A stretch of 64,000 bases of DNA, taken from positions 32,001 to 96,000 of the forward strand of contig OY970355.1 of the NCBI GenBank assembly GCA_963718525.1, given 5' to 3'. Below the pieces are notes generated by a model. That model was not told the DNA's origin and made no database searches. It saw nothing but the letters and a program-made list of their open reading frames with translations. Every line of letters begins with the position of its first letter. The stretch's first letter is position 1. This DNA comes from Candidatus Dormiibacterota bacterium (lineage in GTDB: Bacteria; Chloroflexota; Dormibacteria; Aeolococcales; Aeolococcaceae). The translations under genes and the position numbers were made by a program. Shown in pieces: positions 61,134 through 64,000 of this stretch.

Positions 61134-62789
61134 CTACAGCTCGGCGACGATCTCCTTCGCGGCACGCTCGCCCGTCTCGATGGCGCCGTCGAGGAACCCC
61201 TGGTTGTTGATCGACGTGTGCTCGCCGGCGAAGTGGACCCGTCCCTGGGGCGCAGCGGCGATCGGACCGTAGGTCGCGTACTGGCCGACCTTGTAGAACG
61301 AGTACGCACCCCTGACCCATGGATCGCGAGCCCAGTGATCCTCGTAGGCGGCGCCGGTGAACGCGTCGCGGGTGCCGGGAAAGATCGGGTCGATTCGATC
61401 GAGGAACCAGCCGACGTCCTTCACCGGGGAGGGTCCGTGGGCCCCACCGGTCAGCGTGTCGCGGCCGGTGCTTGCGCCGGGGAACGCAAGCAGCAGCGCG
61501 GGGGCGCCATGCCGGCCACGTGGGACGGAGTCGTCCCAGCAGACGTCGAAGCTCTGCCAGTCGGTGTACGCAACCCCGTTGAACCCGTGCCGCGCCCAGG
61601 TCTTCTCGGCGACCTCGACGTGGATCTTTGCGTTGGATCCCATGCCGAAGGTGTCGACGACCCGAACCTTTCTCGCGTCGAAGCCGGCTCGGTTCAAGTC
61701 GACTTCGCGCAGCAGCGTGAACGGCAGCGCGAGCGCAACATGGTCCGCGACGACGTCGGTCGTCGTCCCGTCGACCTCGAACGTCAGCGTGTACGACCCG
61801 TCGCTGTTCTCCCGGAGCGCGACCAATCGGTGACCGAGCCGCAGCGTCTCTGCGGGGAGTTGCGCGGCCATGCCGTGCACCAGCTGATCGTTGCCACCGA
61901 CGATGTGCCACTTCTCGTCGTACCCGGGCAAGGGGTCGAGTGATGTGCGCGGGTTCACCCCGGTGAGCCCGATCAGGTCGAGTGCCGATTGATCGCCCGG
62001 ATCCCCACCGTTTTCGGAGACCGTGTTGGCGAGCATCAGCCGGCCGAACCGCGATGCGCTGCCGATTGGTGTCTCATCCAGCCATTCCGGCGCCGAGAGA
62101 CCGTCAAGACGCGCGAGGCCTGGCTCGGTGTTCGATTCCGTGACCGCGTCATGAAACGCCTTGTAGCCAAAGGCCCGCCAGTCGTTGCTCGCCTCCGCGT
62201 ACGTGTAGTAGGCGCCGTCGAACCAGTACACCTCGGGCAACCCCTGCAACTCGCCACCGTTGTAATCCTCGAGCTGCAATCCGAGCTCCGCCGCAAGGTC
62301 GAGAGCCGCGTACTGGTTCGAGTCGATGAACGCTCCGCCGTGCTCGGTGATCAATCCATTCGAGAAGTAGTCACGCAAGGTCCAGCAGCGGCCCCCGATA
62401 CGCTCCGCGTGGCCTTCGTAGAGGGTCGAGCGGATGCGATGGCGTGTCCACAGCAGATGGCTGCAGCGCAGGCCGGCCAGCCCAGCGCCGACGACGGCGA
62501 TGCGTGGCATCTGGCCCGTCGACGTGGAACGCGCCGACGCCAGCACCCGGGTCGCCGCGGGCCCGAACGCCACGCCTGCGCCCGCGAGTGCGGCACCGCC
62601 CAGGAAGCGGCGGCGCGATACGGGCCGGTTGAGCACCGTCCGCTGCTCGAGTTCCTCGAGAACCGCATCGACGGGAAGCCTGCGTGCGTCCGCCAATGCA
62701 TTGAGCGCAAACAGGCGCCGGAGGTTCGCGGTCAGCTGCGTCCGCGCCGACTGCCTGCCACGAGCGTAGCCCGGGTAGCGTTCCCTCAC
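61134..62789 (-). CDS. Flavin monoamine oxidase-family protein with a Tat-like motif
   Basis: SRRRFL, VVGAGLAGL, RIGGR..T, EHGGAFI, RGAYS, HFAGEHTS and GFLDGAIETGERAA motifs. Confidence 0.9.
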   Translation of the reverse strand: MRERYPGYARGRQSARTQLTANLRRLFALNALADARRLPVDAVLEELEQRTVLNRPVSRRRFLGGAALAGAGVAFGPAATRVLASARSTSTGQMPRIAVVGAGLAGLRCSHLLWTRHRIRSTLYEGHAERIGGRCWTLRDYFSNGLITEHGGAFIDSNQYAALDLAAELGLQLEDYNGGELQGLPEVYWFDGAYYTYAEASNDWRAFGYKAFHDAVTESNTEPGLARLDGLSAPEWLDETPIGSASRFGRLMLANTVSENGGDPGDQSALDLIGLTGVNPRTSLDPLPGYDEKWHIVGGNDQLVHGMAAQLPAETLRLGHRLVALRENSDGSYTLTFEVDGTTTDVVADHVALALPFTLLREVDLNRAGFDARKVRVVDTFGMGSNAKIHVEVAEKTWARHGFNGVAYTDWQSFDVCWDDSVPRGRHGAPALLLAFPGASTGRDTLTGGAHGPSPVKDVGWFLDRIDPIFPGTRDAFTGAAYEDHWARDPWVRGAYSFYKVGQYATYGPIAAAPQGRVHFAGEHTSINNQGFLDGAIETGERAAKEIVAEL

Positions 62790-62879
62790 GTCCACCCCCT
62801 GGATTGGTGACGATTCCTCGGCTGCAGGATAGCCAACGCACATGCGTCACGCAGGCGTTCGCCGGCCCTCCGTGTGTCG

Positions 62880-63737
62880 TCAGACCTCGCGGCGGTGAAG
62901 GCTCCACGCGGTCAGCGCCACGATCGCCACCACCCAGCACAGCGTCCACCCGAGGAACGCAGCGGACGGCGGCGACTGGACGAAGAACGGATTGCCGGCC
63001 CGCTCGGTCGTCGCCCCGAGCACGGTCCTGTACAGCACGGGCTCGAGCTCGTAGACGGAGCCACGCCAGAGCGCGTCGGTGGGCAGAAGCAGCTGGCTGA
63101 TGGTTCCGGCGTTCTTGATCGCGTTGCTCCCGAAGACATCACCGATGGCGCCGGCGATCCCGCCGATCCACGCGAGGAAGAACAGCACGAGGCTGATCAC
63201 CCCCGCCGTCATGCCGGACAGCCGCGTGCTGATCAGCAGCGCGAGGGACATGACCACGATTCCCTCGCCGCTCAGATACAGCGCCAGGCCGACCGGACCC
63301 GGCGGGACGTAGCTCGTGGTGAACCCAACAACCGTGAGCTCGAGCGCCGTGGTGGCGGCGACATAGATGACGATGAGCGCGGCAAGACCGAGCCACTTGC
63401 CGAGGACCACCTGGTACCTGCTCAGGGGTCGCGCCAGCATGGACAGGGCCACCCCCGACTCCAGCTCGCTGGAGATCGCGGGCGAGGCGACGACCACAGC
63501 GCTCAGGGCAAGCACGGCACTGAACATGAACTCGACCAGGACGAGGACCTGCGAGGTCGCCAGGTGCAGCTCGGTGCTGGGGATCGGGCTCCCGTCGGGG
63601 TTGGTGAGGGTGGTCAGATGTTGAAATCCCCAGCCTGTGAGCCCGATCACGATCACGGTGAGGATGGCGAGCGCCAGCAACAGCTTCCTGCGCGCGGCCT
63701 CACGAATCGTGAGCCGCGCGATGGTCAGCGCTGCCAT
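62880..63737 (-). CDS. ABC-2 type transporter permease
   Basis: LTIREAARRK and ELESG..LSMLARPLSR..VVLGKWLG motifs; six TM helices. Confidence 0.9.
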   Translation of the reverse strand: MAALTIARLTIREAARRKLLLALAILTVIVIGLTGWGFQHLTTLTNPDGSPIPSTELHLATSQVLVLVEFMFSAVLALSAVVVASPAISSELESGVALSMLARPLSRYQVVLGKWLGLAALIVIYVAATTALELTVVGFTTSYVPPGPVGLALYLSGEGIVVMSLALLISTRLSGMTAGVISLVLFFLAWIGGIAGAIGDVFGSNAIKNAGTISQLLLPTDALWRGSVYELEPVLYRTVLGATTERAGNPFFVQSPPSAAFLGWTLCWVVAIVALTAWSLHRREV

Positions 63738-64000
63738 CTCGCGTGCTCGGCATCGAGGAGCGCCAGGAACCGCTCCTCGAGCGTCTGGCGCACCGGCTCC
63801 ACTGCGTACACTCTCGCCCCGCTCGCCACGACCTCGGCCACCAGCTCGGGGACCAGATCGACGTCGACGCCATCGACGACGAACCACCCTTCGTGCTCGG
63901 CGAGTGCGCCACGGCGCGCGAGTGCGGCCCTCCCCGTCTCGTTCAATCCGGTGAGACGCATCCGAACCCCGCCGGTCCCGAGCAGCTCGTCGAGACGTCC
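63725..64000 (-). CDS. C-terminal end of an ABC ATP-binding subunit (5' end outside window)
   Basis: GRLDELL...VYAVEPVRQTLEERFL tail overlapping the permease start. Confidence 0.75.
   Translation of the reverse strand, partial: GRLDELLGTGGVRMRLTGLNETGRAALARRGALAEHEGWFVVDGVDVDLVPELVAEVVASGARVYAVEPVRQTLEERFLALLDAEHARWQR

Overview
GC-rich bacterial chromosomal segment that reads mostly as core genome. No transposase, integrase, prophage, CRISPR array, rRNA or tRNA was seen. Gene content and style suggest a Terrabacteria-type organism, such as an Actinomycetota/Chloroflexota/Dormibacterota relative (inference only). Left to right it carries: the start of the dcw cluster (mraZ-rsmH-ftsL-ftsI) with a clear promoter and MraZ boxes; pepE; RNase P RNA; a trpD-Zn ribbon-rnhA-DUF1028 operon; lon; NrtR; a thiol-redox operon with a glutaredoxin-thioredoxin reductase fusion; a PadR-ABC exporter; a TM0106 nuclease-helicase / WYL / msrB / recQ / msrA region; hisN; a classical menaquinone cluster lacking menH and menI; a Ni/Zn homeostasis cluster; and cell-wall hydrolases around a deleted ECF sigma locus. 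The best candidate for an undescribed system is a divergent WYL-associated genotoxic/oxidative stress module (26475-34941) centred on a CGACAGG-TG-CCTGTCG palindrome. Many genes appear leaderless, with a TAnnnT hexamer 6-7 nt before the start codon. Five otherwise intact genes carry single +1 frameshifts that are probably sequencing errors. All protein family calls come from motif recognition by eye, not from database searches.
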